Shown here in pieces: positions 25,991 to 40,215 of a DNA stretch of 64,000 bases. Origin of the DNA: Chiloscyllium plagiosum (lineage: Eukaryota); assembly GCF_004010195.1 (NCBI RefSeq), contig NC_057711.1, forward strand, positions 69,257,850 to 69,321,849, written 5' to 3'. The translations under genes and the position numbers were made by a program. Position 1 is the stretch's first letter; each line of letters starts with the position of its first letter. The notes under the pieces were generated by a model that saw only the letters and a program-made list of their open reading frames with translations, searched no databases and was not told the origin of the DNA.

Positions 25991-27859
25991 ACTTCCTGTA
26001 TGACAATAGTATCTTTCCTAGGTAAAGGAGACCAAAATTGCACACAGTGCTCTAGATGCAGTTTTACCAAGCTCTTGTAGAATTAAAAAAACTTTATTAA
26101 TCCTGCATTCCAATCCTATTTAACATAAGAATTCCTAATAGCTTGCTGCAACTGCATATTAGCTTTAATTCTTAACATCCCTTTGTACATCAACCCTTTT
26201 TTACTTCTTACCATCTAAAAAATACTCTTCACAATTTTTCTACCAAAGTGGATAACCCCACATTTTATCCATTATATTACATTTGCCACATTCTTGCCCA
26301 TTCACTAAGCCTGTCTGAATCCTCCTCAAGCTGCTTCATTCCACACATTCTCATTTAGTTTCCCCATTATAAATAACCTGTCTTTAGTGGACATACTTTC
26401 ATTTTAAATAAATATTTCATTTTTACATACCTATAGAAGCTTTTACAGTCTGTTTTTATCTTTTTTCTAGATTGCATTCATAATTCTATTCTCCATTTCC
26501 TTATCAGTTTCTTGGTCCTTCTTTGTATTATTCTGTAAACCTCCTTGTCCTCAGAATTACTGTTATTTCTGACAACAATTAAACCTGGGTGTGGTCACTG
26601 AGAGAAAGAGACAGAGACTGAACTGAGGCTGACCGCTGAACCATGGGAGCAGAAATTGTAAGGCATGTAAATAAAGTTCCTGCAACCCTATAATTCTTGA
26701 CTAACAAGGGAATCAAAGCTTATCTGGTGTAGGATGGAACACAAAGTTGTGCTGACAATCAGGTCATTCCTGATCTTAATCATTGGTGGAACAGGCTCGA
26801 GGTGCTAAGTAGCCTTCTCCTGCTCCAAATTTTCAAGTGTAACATCTCCATATATTTTCGAGGCTTAAGATACAACATTAATCAATAGTTTAAAACAGGA
26901 AACAGCAACTGCAATAAATCTCAATCATCTTTTTTTATTACTATTTCAAATTAAATTACAACAATTTATAATTATATAGCACCTTTAACATGAGAAAGTG
27001 CTGCAAGGTTAACAGAAGTGTAAGAAAATGACCCTGACAATAACTAGGAAATGTTAGAGTAAATGCTTGACCTAAAAGATAGATTTTGAGAAGTATCCTA
27101 AAGATGGACAAAAAGATAAGGCAGATGAATTTAGGGAGGAACTGCAGAGCTTGGGGTCTAATGTGCTGAAGAGATAACTGGCAACAGCAATTGGGAAGAA
27201 GGGGAGAAACTCATGAGAAGTCAGAGCAGAAGAGTTAGGAATATTTGGAAGACTGATTTTGTAGAACTGGAGAATTTACAAAGATAGCAAGAGGGATGAC
27301 ATGGAGGGATTAAAAACAAGAATGCAAATATTAAACTTGAGGCATCTGAGGTCACAAAACAAAGTCACTCAGCGAGGATGGAAATGATACACTATTGCCA
27401 CTTGACATGGGATAATGGGATAAGAAAACACAAAGCAGAATGTTGCATTACTTGAAGTTTATGAGGACTGGCCAGAAATGCTTTGGGGTAATTAAGTTTG
27501 AAAGTGACAAATCCATGCAACGCAGACTATGTACATAAGCCTGTAATAATGTTACTGTGTAAATAGTGTGTTGTCAATAAACAATAGACATCTGTCTTAA
27601 CAAAGTCCTGTGTCTTTGTCGTATACATTATGTTGACTAATTAAGAAAACCATAAAGCACATCACTTTTGACTACATCTCTGGCAAAGTCATAGAGATGA
27701 AGCAGCATCAGCAGCTCTGATGAAAATCCTGGCTCATGTTGGTATACAATGATCTTTTTGACTATTGAAACCTTTGAACTCTATAACAGATTCCCAATTT
27801 TTATTTATTCTACATATGCCAAATAAAAAGGTCAATAATTCAGACAAATAATGTCTCTG

Positions 27860-29490
27860 ATATTTATTAAAATTAAAAATTAAATAAGGCTTGTTTTTCT
27901 CTGAGCATGGAGCAGGAGAAAATTTGTAGCATGTTAAACGAATGTTTCACTTCTGTGTTCACTTTAGAGAAGGAAGATGTAGATTCAGAATTTGTGGAGA
28001 AGGACTGAGAGGTTTTGGCAGAATTGTATCCCAGGTTCCTATAGAAGGTGACAGAGGAAATTATAGGAGCTCTGCCCAAATGTTTATTTTTTTCAGGCTA
28101 CAGGGAAAGCACCAGAGGGGTGGAAGAGAGCTAATGTGGTTTCACCTTTCAAGAAGGATGGTGGAGATAACCAAAGAATTACAGATCAATGAATCTCACA
28201 TCAGTGGTAGGTATACTATTGGAGAAAATTCTTAAGGACAGAATTAATCTCCATTTGGAGTGGCAAGGTTTGATTATGGATAGTCAGCATGGCTTTGTCA
28301 GGGGAAGCCATTCCTAAAAAAAAATTGAATTTTCTGAGGAAGTGATCAGGCGAGTCGCTGACAATAGTGCAGTTGACTTAGTTTATAGAGATTTCAGAAA
28401 AACTTTTGACGAACTCTCAATTTAGAGACTGTTAAAGTGTAAAAGTACGCATAATCCAGGGTAATTTGGCAAGATGTATCCAAAAGTAGCTTAGTAGTAG
28501 GAGAAAGAGTTGGTGGTAAGAGGTTGTTTGTGTGATCAGAGGCCTGTGCCCCAGTGACATGTCACAGGGATCAGTGCTATGTCCTTTATTGTTCTTAATA
28601 TATAGGTATAAACAATATAAAAAAATGTGGGGGTTGCAGATAAGTAAGTTTGCAGACGACAAGAAGATTGTCTGAGTGATTAATATTTAGGAAGAAGATC
28701 TTGGGTTACAGGAAAATATAGACAGATTGGTCAGATTGACTCTAACCCTGAAAAGTGTGATGAACTTTGGAAAAAGTAACAAGACAAGGGAGTTTTCAAT
28801 GAAGTGTAGGACACTAGGAAGCTCAGAAGAACAGAGGGATCTTGGGGTACTTGTTCACAGATTTCTGAAGATAACAGAACAGATTAATAGGTTGGTTAAG
28901 AGCGCATACAGGCCACATGCCTTTATTAGCTATGACATAGATTTTAATTGCAAGAAGGTTATGTACATGACTTTGGTTACATCACAGCTTGAGTTATGTA
29001 TGCGGTTCTAGTCACTGCACTATAGAAGGGATATGTTTGTGCTGGAGGAGTTGCAGAGAAAATTCACCAAGATCAATCCTGGGTTGCAGCATTTTAGATG
29101 CTGGATAGGTTCCAGTCATTTTGTTTAGAGCAGAGAAGTCTGAGGGTGTGTTGAGGTGTATAAGATTATGAGAGGCATGAACAAGATGGAGAGGAAGCAG
29201 CTGTTTCCCTTAGTTGAAGGTCAATAATTAGCGGGCATAATTTTAAGATGAAGGGCAGGAGCCTTAGAGGGGATTTGAGGAAATACGTTTCCACGCAGAG
29301 GGTCGCATAGATCTGGAATACACAGTCTGGCACGATAACAGTGTCAGGAAATCTCAATCTCTTAAAAAACTATGTGGGCGAATACTTCAAATAACATTGG
29401 TTATGAGCCAAGTGCTGGAAATTGAGATTAGTGTAGATAGATCAGACTCAATGGGTCGAAGAACCTCTTCTGTGCTGTATGACTCTCTAT
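27860..29490 (+). mobile_element. CR1-type LINE, decayed RT to 3' end
   Basis: cagcatggctttgtc (QHGF), aagtttgcagacgac (KFADD), EEQRDLGVLVH; 3' end tgtgctgtatgactctct. Confidence 0.85.
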
Positions 29491-30619
29491 AGCAATGACT
29501 AATTATCTGATACTATCCCTCTAGTTAAAAAGAGTCATGACCGTAATAGGCAAAATGCAGTTGCTTCTTGAATGCATTTCATCATGATGCTAGGACTTTA
29601 GATTATTTAAACATATTTAAATTAATATTTCACTAAATCATTTTTAGGTATTATGTCCCAAATAATTTAGTTTTGGTATTTTTAAATTTTCCAGTAACTT
29701 AGAACTAACCAACTGAAGTAAAAATATACTATTCCGATACATAGGGGGAAACTTTATGAGGCCTGCAAGAGAGTGACAAACATGGCGGGCAGAATGAATT
29801 TAATTAGGCAGGAGGTGAAATGTCATTTCCCTGACAGCAGGTTCAAATTTAGAGGTTAACTCAACAGGATGCTTGTGGTGGATTAGACCTCGAACCATCC
29901 CATGGCAGGTTCCTATTTGTGAGACATTTGCACAGTATGACTGCACATGGTTATTAAATATTTTTTTAAAACTACATTCAACATTCATGGCAATGTCAGC
30001 AGTGCACAAAGTCTTGTGGCATCAAGCTTACTTTCATTTAAGTGTCATTCAACTATCACCTTTGTACAGTAGCCTTTTTTTTGTTGATCTCTGTGACACA
30101 CGGAGAGGAGTAAGCACATGACAGTTTGCACTGAGACTTAGGATCTAGAAGAGCGAGTCAATAGTGACAGAGGGATGCACAGTAAGATTGAGGACAGGGG
30201 AGAAAGAATCCAGGGAAGATCAAACAGCAGAGGTGGAGGCATGGAAGAATGAAGAAGATTGGCTTTCTGGTGTAGTGAAAAATCAATCAAGGTGAGAAAA
30301 TGTGGATCCTCAAGGGCAGCGTCAGTACTCTCCATACATAAATCCACCTCAGGGCATTGACTGGTCAAGTCTTCAGAAAATTTTGAAATTCTACATTTCA
30401 AGTTTCACTGCTGAATGATTTTGGCCAATGCCCTTCAATGCAAAGGCGGGTGAATGATGAACAGCTTCATGTTTTGTCCAGGTTCTTTTACAGTTTCACC
30501 TGTACCTGCTGATGCCATGCTCACCACTGAAATCCTTTCTTATTCTAACACTTCATGTGTCACCCCATACATGTCTGTGGCATTTTAAATGATTCAGCAT
30601 AAAATTCCAATGGCAAAAT

Positions 30620-31020
30620 GGAAATGGAACACTGGGGAAAATGGCAAGTTATGTGATGGTGCCTGTTGAAGCTATTTTCAGTGGGGTTCTTCAGGACACA
30701 GTACAGCATAAATGAAGGGATATGCTTAAAAAGGTTTTGATTGAAATGAAAATTGATTCTGTGGTTGATAGTGAGAAAGAAAGCTGGAGGAAAAATATCA
30801 ATTGACTGGATAGAGTGCAATAAAGTGGCAAAGAAATTCAATCCAGAAAATTGTGAAGTAACGTTTTTGGGAAAGACAAACATGGCAAAGTAATACACAG
30901 ATGGTAGAATTCTTAGAACTATAGAGAATCTTCGGAGTCTATATCTATAGATGCCTGAAGAGAGCAGGACCGGCAAGTAAGGCAGAATCTTTCCTTTATT
31001 GGCTGAGGCCTAGATCAGGG
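30620..31020 (+). mobile_element. Old CR1-type RT fragment
   Basis: aaattcaatccagaaaattgtgaagtaacgttttttggg-like segment (FNPENCEV) and flanking decayed RT sequence. Confidence 0.5.
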
Positions 31021-31874
31021 AACTTAAACTTTTGGTTCTGGAAATCTGGCAGCTTTTTAACATCTTATTTGCATCTCCCAATCTTTTCAATCTGGATTGC
31101 ATTAACATAAAAAGAGCCCAAAAAACATTCAGTCAAAAAGAGCAGAGCTGTGTTTTATTGTGGGGTGAAAAGACTAATCATTATGTTGAACGTCTCCGTT
31201 TAAATTATCATCTTAACGAGAAAACATCATTATGCTTAAATAAGCCTGTCTGAGTGGTATATCTGTACCACGGTTATAAATTATGTCTTTGGTTTGGAGA
31301 AGAGGTTTTCAGTTTGCAATTTCTTTAAAATAGCTTAAATGATAAATTATAATGAATATGCTATTAGAGGTTCTTCTTAATCATGTGACGCCATAGCTGA
31401 AAACATTGTTAATTCAACACAGTTCAAGTTAATGCTCTTTTAAAGTTGACTTTACTGGTAAAATAGTAAAATAAAAACATTATAATTCAGAGTGAGCTCT
31501 ATATTTATTTGATTTTTTTTATACTGATACATAAACTTAATCCACATATTTTATCATAAGCAACATAAGCATTTTAGCAGAAACATTTGGCAAAATGCTA
31601 AGTACTTAGTTTAGAAATAATGATTTTTCATCATGCAACACTTTTTATTTAGGATTTTGTTTTTAAGAAGAATCTTCTGGGAAAAATAGTTGCCAAACCA
31701 ATAAGCAGGGCAGTTACATTAGAGCTGTATAAAACACCAATCAGAACACTGTTAAAACACTACGAATGGTTCTGGTAATCGCAGCTTAGGAAGAATATGA
31801 TAACCTTAGAGAGTATGCAGAAGACGATGAGTTTTAGCTATAATGAGATTGAATCCACTATGGTTGTTTTATTT

Positions 31875-34800
31875 ACATAGAATAATACAGCACAGTATAG
31901 GCCCATCGTTCCTTGATGTTGTGCCGGCCTTCTATCCTACTCTAAGATCAAACTTACCTATGTACCTTCATTGTTCTATCTTCCATGTGCCTATCTAAAA
32001 GTCGCTTAAATGTCCCTAATGTATCTGACTCGACAACGACTGCTGGCAGTGCATTTCATGCACCCATCACTCCCTGTGTAAAGAGCCTACCTCTGACATC
32101 TACTGTAAACCTTCCTCCAATTACCTTAAAATTATGTCCCCTCATGATAGATGTTTCCACCATGGGAAAAAGTCTCTGGCTATCCACTCTGTCTATGCCT
32201 CTGAACATCTTGTACACCTCTATGAAGTCACTTCTCATTCCTTCTTCACTCCAATGAGCCCTAGCTCCCTCAATCTTTCTTCATAAGACATGCCCTCCAG
32301 TACAGGCAGCATCCTGGTAAATATCTTCAACACCCTCTCTAAAGCTTCCTATAATGAGGTGACCAGAACTGAACACAACATTCCAAGTGTGGTCTAACCA
32401 GGACTCTTATAGAGCTGCAGCATAACCTCACCATTCTTAAACTCAATCCCCCAGCTAATGAAAGCCAACACACCATACACCTTCTCAACAACCCTATTAA
32501 CTTGGGTGGCAACTTTGGGGGATTCATGGATGTGGACTCCAAGATCTCTCTGTTTCTCCACACTGCCAAGAAGCCTACCTATATTCTGCATTCAAATTCA
32601 ACTCTCCAAAGTGAATCAATTCAGGTTGAACTTCATCTGCCACTTGTCAGGCCAATTTTGCATCCTGTCAATGTCTAGTTGCAAGCTACAACAGCCCTCC
32701 ACACTATCCACTACTCCAGCAACCTTTGGGTCATCAGCAAACTACAGCCCCAGATTTCCCTGTATCCCATGCTCCTTACTTTCTGAATGATCCTACCGTG
32801 GGGAGCCTTATCAAATGCCTTGCTAAAATCCATGTATACCACATCCACTGCTCTTTTTTTAATCAACATGTTTTGTTACATCTACAAAGAATTAAATAAG
32901 GTTTTGAGGTGTGATCTGGCCTTCACAAAGCCATGCTGACTATCACTAATCAAATTATGGTTTTCTAAGTAATTATAAATCCTGTGTCTCAGAATCCTCT
33001 CCAACACTTTTCCCACCATAGATGTAAGACTGACTGGTCTGTAATTCCCAGGATTATCCCTATTCCCTTTCTTGAACAAGCAAATAACAATTGCCACCCT
33101 CCAAACGTTTGGCACCACTCCAATGGACAGTGAGGATGCAAAGATCATCACCAAAGGCACAGCAATCTCTTCCCGCGCCTCCTATAGTAACTTAGGGTAT
33201 ATCCCATCTGGCTCAGGGAAGTTTTCAAAATTTTCAGCACATCCTCCTCCTTAACATCAGCCTGTTCGAGCACAACAGTCTGTTTCACACTGTCCTCAGA
33301 AATGTCAAAGTCCCTCTCAGTAGTGAATACAGAAGCAATGTGTTCATTAAGGACCTCCCCTACCTCCTCTGACTTCAAGCACAAGTTCCCTCCACAATCC
33401 CTTATCAGCTGTACCTTCACTCTGGCTATACTCTTGTTCCTTACACAAGTGTAGAATGCCTTCAGCTTTTCCTTAACCCTACTCGTTAAAGCTTTTCTCA
33501 TGCCCCTTTCTAGTTCTCCTAAATCCATTCTTCAGTTCCTTCCTGGCTAACTTGTAACCCACTAGAACGCTGTTTAATCCTTGCCTCCTCAACCTTCTTC
33601 CTCTTGACTAGATGTTCCACATCCCTTGTCACCTTCTTTCAACCTACCATCCAATCCTTGCCTCAATGGGACAACTAAACCACTATCAGCAAGTGCTTCC
33701 TAAACAAACTCCACATTTCTGTCGCACATTTTCCGAGAAAGTCTGTTCCCAATTTAGACGCCCCAGTTCCTGCCTAATAGCATTGTAATTCCCCTTCCCC
33801 CAATTAAATACTTTCCCATACCATCTGCTTCAGGGCGTTGTGATCACTATCACCCAAATGCTCTCCCACCAAGAGATCTGACACCTGGCATCGTTTGTTG
33901 CCAAGCATCAAATCCAATATGGCCTCCCCTGTAGTCAGCCTAGCTACATATTGAGTCAGGAACCCTTCCTGAACACACCTGACAAAAACTGCTCCATCCA
34001 AACTAATTGAACTAAGAAGGTTCTAATCAATATTAGGGAAGTTAAAGTTACCCATGACAACAACCCTGTTACTTCTGCACCTTTCCAAAACCTGCCTTCC
34101 AATCTGCTCCTCCATGTCTCTGTTGCTACTGTGAGGTCTGTAGAAAACTCCCAATAAAGAGACTACTCCTTTCCTGTTATTGATTTCCACCCTTATTGAC
34201 TCTGTAGAGAAACCCTCCTAAATGACCTCCCTTTCTGCAGCTGTGATAGTATCCCTGACTAGCAATGCCACTCCTCCACCTTTTACCTCCCCCTGTATTC
34301 CTTTTGAAACATCTAAACCCTTGGACATCCAACAACCATTCCTGCTCCCATGATATCGAAGTTTCTGTAATGGCCACAACATCATAGTTCCAAGTACTGA
34401 TCCATGCTCTACATTCATCGCCCTTATTCCTGATACTTCTTGCGTTAAAATAGCCAAACTTCAACCCATCACACTGACTGCACCTTTGCCCTATCAAGTG
34501 TCCCTCTTCACAAACTCTCTGCACACTGTACCTGGCTGTTCAGTAGCTACACTACATTATCTGATCCATAGCTCTGGTTCTCACCCCCCTGCCAATCTAG
34601 TTTCAAATCTCCTGAAGAGCTTTAGCAAACCTCATGTCCAGGATATTGGTGCCCCTCCAGTTCAGGTCTTTCTTGTATAGGTCCCACCTTCCCCAGAAGA
34701 TATCCCATTGATCCACATATCTGAAGCCCCCACACTCTCCTACACCAGCCCTGCAGCCACGTGTTCATCTGCATGCGCTACTCCTAGCCTCACTAGCACA

Positions 34801-35040
34801 TGACACCAGTAGCAATCCTGAGATTATGACTCTGTTCGCCCTGCCTTCTAGCTTCCAACCTAACTCCTGGTTTCTCTTTAAAGGTCCTCACCCCGTTCCC
34901 TAGCTATCTCATTGGTATAAAAGTGTTCCACGACTTTTGGATGCTCACCCTCCCTCTTAAGAATCCTATAGACTCGATCCGATACATCCCTAACCCTAGC
35001 ACCCGGAAGGCAACATGCCATCTCAGAATCTCTTTCGCGA
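31875..35040 (-). mobile_element. Long CR1/HER1-type LINE (ORF1 esterase part, endonuclease, RT, 3' end), internally deleted and decayed
   Basis: CCLPGARVRDVSDRV (ORF1), YFNARSIRNK...YDVVAITET (APE endonuclease), KKGNRDNPGNYRPVSLTS...QHGF, and LVRPHLECCVQFWSPHY. Confidence 0.9.
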
Positions 35041-36059
35041 AGGAGCTGGAGGGAAAAGTTATTTAATATGGAGAAAATTATGAGGCAAGCCCAGACAGCC
35101 TGCATAAAATGAACATATTTCCCATTCAAAACTCCATAATGAGAGCCCATAGATTTGAAAGTATTTGATTCAAAGGTTCCATGTGAGTTTATGTGTATTT
35201 TTCTCACTGAGATGGCAGTGTGGATCTGGGAATCTCTGCAAAACCCTAACACAGCATTTAAAAAAACCTGGAAATGCACTGGAGGCACTGTAACCAACTG
35301 GGCTGCAGACCAAGAAATGGAAGATGGGATGCGATTTGAAAACTTTTTCCTGCTAGCACAGACCAAATGGGTTGAATGGCACATTTCTTTGCCATTTTAC
35401 TTTCAAAATCTGTTTTAAATTCCCTCCACCTTGAACTTGTTTTTAATGGTCTTGTTAACTTACCTAACTACTTTCTCTATGTGAAAACTTAGATCCCAAA
35501 AATTGCAGTTGATTATTCTTTGTACTATATTTGAAATTTGTTCATCACTAAATTGTTTCTGAAAAATACATTCTATCAAAATATACATACACAGGTTTGA
35601 TAAAGGTGTCCAAAATCTTGAAATGTTATAATAGAATGAATAAGAATCTATTCCCAGTGGCAAAATAAATAATCAGTTGCTGGAGGATTTAGATTTAGTG
35701 TCCGATTCACGCACACAAAGTAAGACGATGAGACATTGTTTTTACGCATCAAGTTGCTGTGATCTAGTACGAACGTTGAAAGTAGTTTCAATTAGAACAT
35801 TCATTTTAAAAATCAGATAAATAATTGAAGGAGAGAGAAAAAACGCGATAGAGCAGGGGGATTAAACTAGTTGGATTTCTCAACTAAAGAGCTGTAACAG
35901 GCATTATGGGCCGAATGGCTTCGCACAACGAAAGTACAAATCTCAATGACCAGCTTCCTGGATAGGTGCTGTCTGCTGGAGCACTGGCTCTCCAATTCAG
36001 TCAGGTACTGCCATTCTCAGTAGTCTGTAGGTACACCCTATACAGTACTAAGGACAGGA

Positions 36060-37450
36060 ACCTCCCGCGGTTTTGAATGTTGAATCCTCGTCATCAGTGG
36101 AGCCGCCGGCTGAGAATGATCATCCACTACCAGAGGTGCCCTTACAACAACAGCCAGAAATCTTAACGCCCTCCCTCTTGTGCTCCCACGGTACCAGAAG
36201 GGGCTCGACCCCCCCAAGTACTGCTCAAATGAGTCAAGAGCACTGTCCCTGTGGCCGGCTCCCCATCCCGCTGTGTCGCTGCCTCCGTTACAACCGGCCC
36301 AGGGGTCGGCCCAAAATTCCCGAGCTCAACGAGGCCGCCAGCAGGGCCCCATACTCAAAATCGGGCAAGTTTCCAGGGGGGGGGGGGGAGGGATGGCTTC
36401 CCCACATCTCATGAACAATCCGCTAGCCTGCTCCTGCTTCCCTCCATCGGGGCCTATGCATCCTGCTCGCGTGTAACGGAGCTCTTTAGAAATAAAACCG
36501 AAAGGACAGGCGGAACACCATGCACTACCTGAACCCGCCCGCCGCTGGCTATGAAACCACCCGTTTTCACAAAGAGGGAATGTTTGCAGATGGAGAATCC
36601 GCATAGCCGCGGACTGGAGGAAATCTCGCTTGGGCTGGCACGAAAGGTGGGGGCCGACCTCGGGGCGGGGCTCGCTCCCTCGGAGGGGGCGGGTGGAATC
36701 GGGAGCGGAGCGCGCGAGGAAGGAGGGAGGGACGGGGCGGTGGGAAACAGAAACCTCCAGGAATAACGGTAACAGCTCACCTGCGGCGGCAGAGGTAAGG
36801 ATCCAGCCTCATTCCGTTAGCGCGGTAACAGAAAGAGCCGTTTGAAGTTCGAACACGGGTTCGGATTCTCTCCCTTTATTGTTGGAACTGTTTACCGTTA
36901 AGAACGATGAAGATAATCGTTTCCGAACTTCAAACAAAGGAGCGGGGGCGGGATCTGTCACCCTGCCCTTGTCGCTCTCTGAGTCGCCATTGGCTAGCGG
37001 CTGGCAATTTCGCTCATTGATTGGCTAGTTAGCCTATCAATCGGCCGGGGCTCAGGGTTGATGTGGTTGAACCGAGAAGGTGAAGTGTAGAGTCCGCGGC
37101 CGGACCCAGACTGATCAATATATCCGAATAAACCCCATGCTAGAAGCGGTGAGCGACTGCGGAACGAGAGGCTGCAGTGGCGGCAGGTCTGGGTGTACAC
37201 TCCGGGTCGGGAAGAAGGGCCGGGTTGCTCAATAACCTGTCACCACCCCGCTCCCTGTGCTGGGAGGGCAGCACTCGATCCCGGGGGTCGGTGGAGGTGA
37301 GTGGCTGCTGCTTTATCGGTGTGTAGTCAGGTCCTACCCAGATGGAAAACAGGGGCGGGTGGGCTATGCAACACTGACTGGAGCCGGTGAACCGCAGGCT
37401 GGATCGACTGTGAGAGAATTGGAAAAGACCCTTTACAGATTAGTTTCACT
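36060..37450. promoter_or_regulatory. CpG island, probable bidirectional promoter with first exons
   Basis: Abrupt rise in GC and CpG relative to the flanks. GGGGCGGG boxes near 36662 and 36945; ATTGG at 36989-36993 and 37020-37024. Minus-strand donor CAG|GTGAGC (exon end 36781); plus-strand donors GAG|GTAAGG (about 36794) and GAG|GTGAGT (about 37296). Confidence 0.85.
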
Positions 37451-38415
37451 GGTGTCTGAGATCCCCCCAGAGGAGAAAGCAAGCGTACACTTGGGACATT
37501 GGTCACTTATGTTGATGGTCTTGTGCAAAATCTGCTGGATTTAACTGAGGAACAGCGCACGAAATGCACGCACTTTGCACGAATATTTGCATACATTTTG
37601 TTAATATCCTAGTATACAACCAACGATTTAGATAAAGGGACCAGACTTGCAGACAATACCACAAATGCGATTTATGGTGAGTGATTATGAGGACCAGAGA
37701 CTATTGTTGGATCGGTAACATTGGGCGAAAGGAGTGAAGCAATCTCAGTAAACTTAAGGTAGGCAAGACAACTATAGCCTGAGTGAATCTAAGTATTGTA
37801 GAAAACAAAAGTATTTTGGTTTTCATTCACATGATATTGGAAGAAGGATCTAACGAGAATAAGGCTGTAAGCATGCTGATGATACTGGGTTCTCAGGCAA
37901 GATATGCAAAATATAAAAATCAAAATGTAGTATAAACCTATAAAAAACTTCAGTAAGATCACATTTGGACTATGTGTACTATTTTGAGCTCCACATATAG
38001 TAAAATGGTACTGTGATAATGAGTCAGTGGCACAGATTCACTACGATTCTGCCTGGTATCAGGAAATACAAGTTCAAAAAAAAACAAAGCAAATACTGTG
38101 AATGCTAGAGAGAGGGGAACAGTATTAACATTTTGGATTGATGTCAGTTCTTAAAGATCACTAACCTGAAATATGAACTCTTTCTTCCTTGAATACAAAC
38201 TATTTGATCCTGCATTTAAGTGTTCTGTTTCTGTTTAAGAATTGGAACTGCTTTCATTAGAAAGGAAGATTGAGGGGTGTTTAGAGCAGTGTTTAAAATT
38301 ATGAATGGATGGGACAGGGTAGAATGTTTTTTATGTTTTGACAGGTGTAGAGTTTCAGGAAATAGACTAAATACATAGAATTGTATTGGAGAGGGTTGTG
38401 AATCTTTGAAACATG

Positions 38416-38474
38416 GTTCTGGATTAGTGGTGCTGGAAGAGCACAGCAGTTCAGGCAGCATCTGAGGAGCTAAG
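38416..38474 (-). mobile_element. Very short PLE-derived insertion
   Basis: 12-bp TSD ctttgaaacatg at 38404-38415 and 38475-38486. The body gtggtgctggaagagcacagcagttcaggcagcatc matches the family terminus. Confidence 0.75.
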
Positions 38475-38959
38475 CTTTGAAACATGTTTAACAATTGAAG
38501 CACTAAAAATTACATTTAAAAGCAGGTTAAATATATGAAGGAAATAAATATGAAAAGTGGGTGAACTACGATTTCTGGAGAGAGTGAGTGTTAATATGGA
38601 TTGGATGGGCTAAATCGATTGGTTTTGTTACAATTTCTATGTAACTCCATAGAAAGCAAATGCAAATTAATTTCTCACAGTCATATTCTGCAAACAGCAG
38701 AGATAAAATACTAGTTAATTGACCTTGATGGTTGGACAAATTGCTGAAATCGCACATTTAAAAAATAATTAAATGAATTATTTACTTTTAATGAGTACCC
38801 TTTGCAATTCTAAGATGTTTGAGCATGCTCTACAATCAGCAAAGTAATTGTAAAGTGCAATGGAATACTTTACTTTCAGTCAGATTCAGTTAATGGAATG
38901 TCATCAAGTGTACACCTTGCATGTATTTCCATGTGGCTAGTAAACAAGTATTGTTAATT

Positions 38960-40215
38960 GACACTGATTTGTTTTATTATTATAACATGTATCTAGTTTC
39001 AGTGAAAAGTTTTGTTTTGTGTGCAGTATAGGTAGGTCATAACATACAATGATCGTAGGGTGATTGAACAGAGTGAGGAATACAGAGTTATAGCTGCAAA
39101 ATAGTTGCATAAAAAGCAAGATCAATATTAGATTTAAAATTTGAGAGGTCCATTCAGAAGTCTAATAACAGCGGGGAGGAAGCTGTTCTTGAACCTGTTG
39201 GTACATGTGTTTAAGCTTTTGTATCTCTCCCTGATGGAAGAGCTTGAAGAGATTATAACCGGGGTGGGAAGGGTCTTTGATGATATTGCCTGCCTTTCCA
39301 AGGCAGCAAGAAGTGTAAATGGATGGAAGTTTGGGTTGCATGATGGAATGGGCTGTGTTTCTTATGGTCTTGGGTAGAGTAGTTGCCATACCAAGCTGTG
39401 ATGCTTCCAGATAGAATGTTTTCTGTAATGCATCTATAAAAGTTGGTGAGAGTCCTTATGGACATGCCAAATTTCCTTACTTTCCTGAGGAAGAAGAGGC
39501 ATTGTTGTGCCTTCTTGACTGTTGCATCAATGTGGGTGGTCCAGGATAGATCGTTAGTGATCATCACTTCTAGGAACTTGATGCTTTTGTCCATCTTCAC
39601 CTCAGCTCCATTGATGTAGATAGGATGGTGCCCTCCTTCTTTCTTCCTGAAGTCGATGATCAGCTCTTCACTTTTGCTGATGTTGGGGGAGAGACCTTTA
39701 CACCACACCACCAAGCATTCTATCTCATCATCATTATTTGATATCCAACCTACAATGGTGGTGTCATCAACGCACTGGTAGTTGGGGTTTGGCCAAATAT
39801 TTATAAGAGTACAAGGAGTACAGTAGAGGGCTGAGTATGCTGGTGTTGTGGATTGATGTGGAGCAGTTGCTGTTATCTGTCTTTACTGCTTGCGATCAAT
39901 GGGTCAGGAAGTCGAGGATCCAGTTACAGAACAGGGAGCAGAGGTCTCTGAGTTTGGAGATTAGTTTAGTTGGGATTATAATGTTAAAGGAGGAGCTGTA
40001 GTCAATAGGTATCCTTATTATTCAGATGTTCCAGGGATGAGTGTAGGGCTAGGGAGATGGTGTGTGCCATGAACCTGTTGCATAGGTAGGCAAATTGTAG
40101 GGGATTGAGGCAGGCTGGGAAGCTAGCGATGATATGAACCATGACTAATCTCTCAAAGCAATTCATAATTATGGAAAGTCAGAGCCACTTGATGGTAGTC
40201 ATTGAGGCATGTTGC
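38960..40215 (-). mobile_element. Rex1/Babar-type non-LTR retrotransposon, RT to 3' end
   Basis: NISKSEELIIDFRK...KKAQQCLFFLRKVRKFGMS...FYRCITENILSGSITAWYGN; upstream relics of MNCFERLV and LDFLTH. Confidence 0.85.

Noticed and set aside
27640..27790. Minus-strand open frame after an acceptor-like tgttatag (SSKVSIVKKIIVYQHEPG...)
   Set aside because: No recognisable homology and a weak donor; consistent with chance.
29800..30480. Possible second Harbinger-related relic on the minus strand
   Set aside because: Only vague motif resemblance (MVRGLIHHKH, TDAALE); cannot be supported without a profile search.
36073..37544. Several 68-113 aa ORFs in the CpG island
   Set aside because: Overlapping on both strands, no recognisable domain, and explained by stop-codon scarcity in GC-rich DNA.
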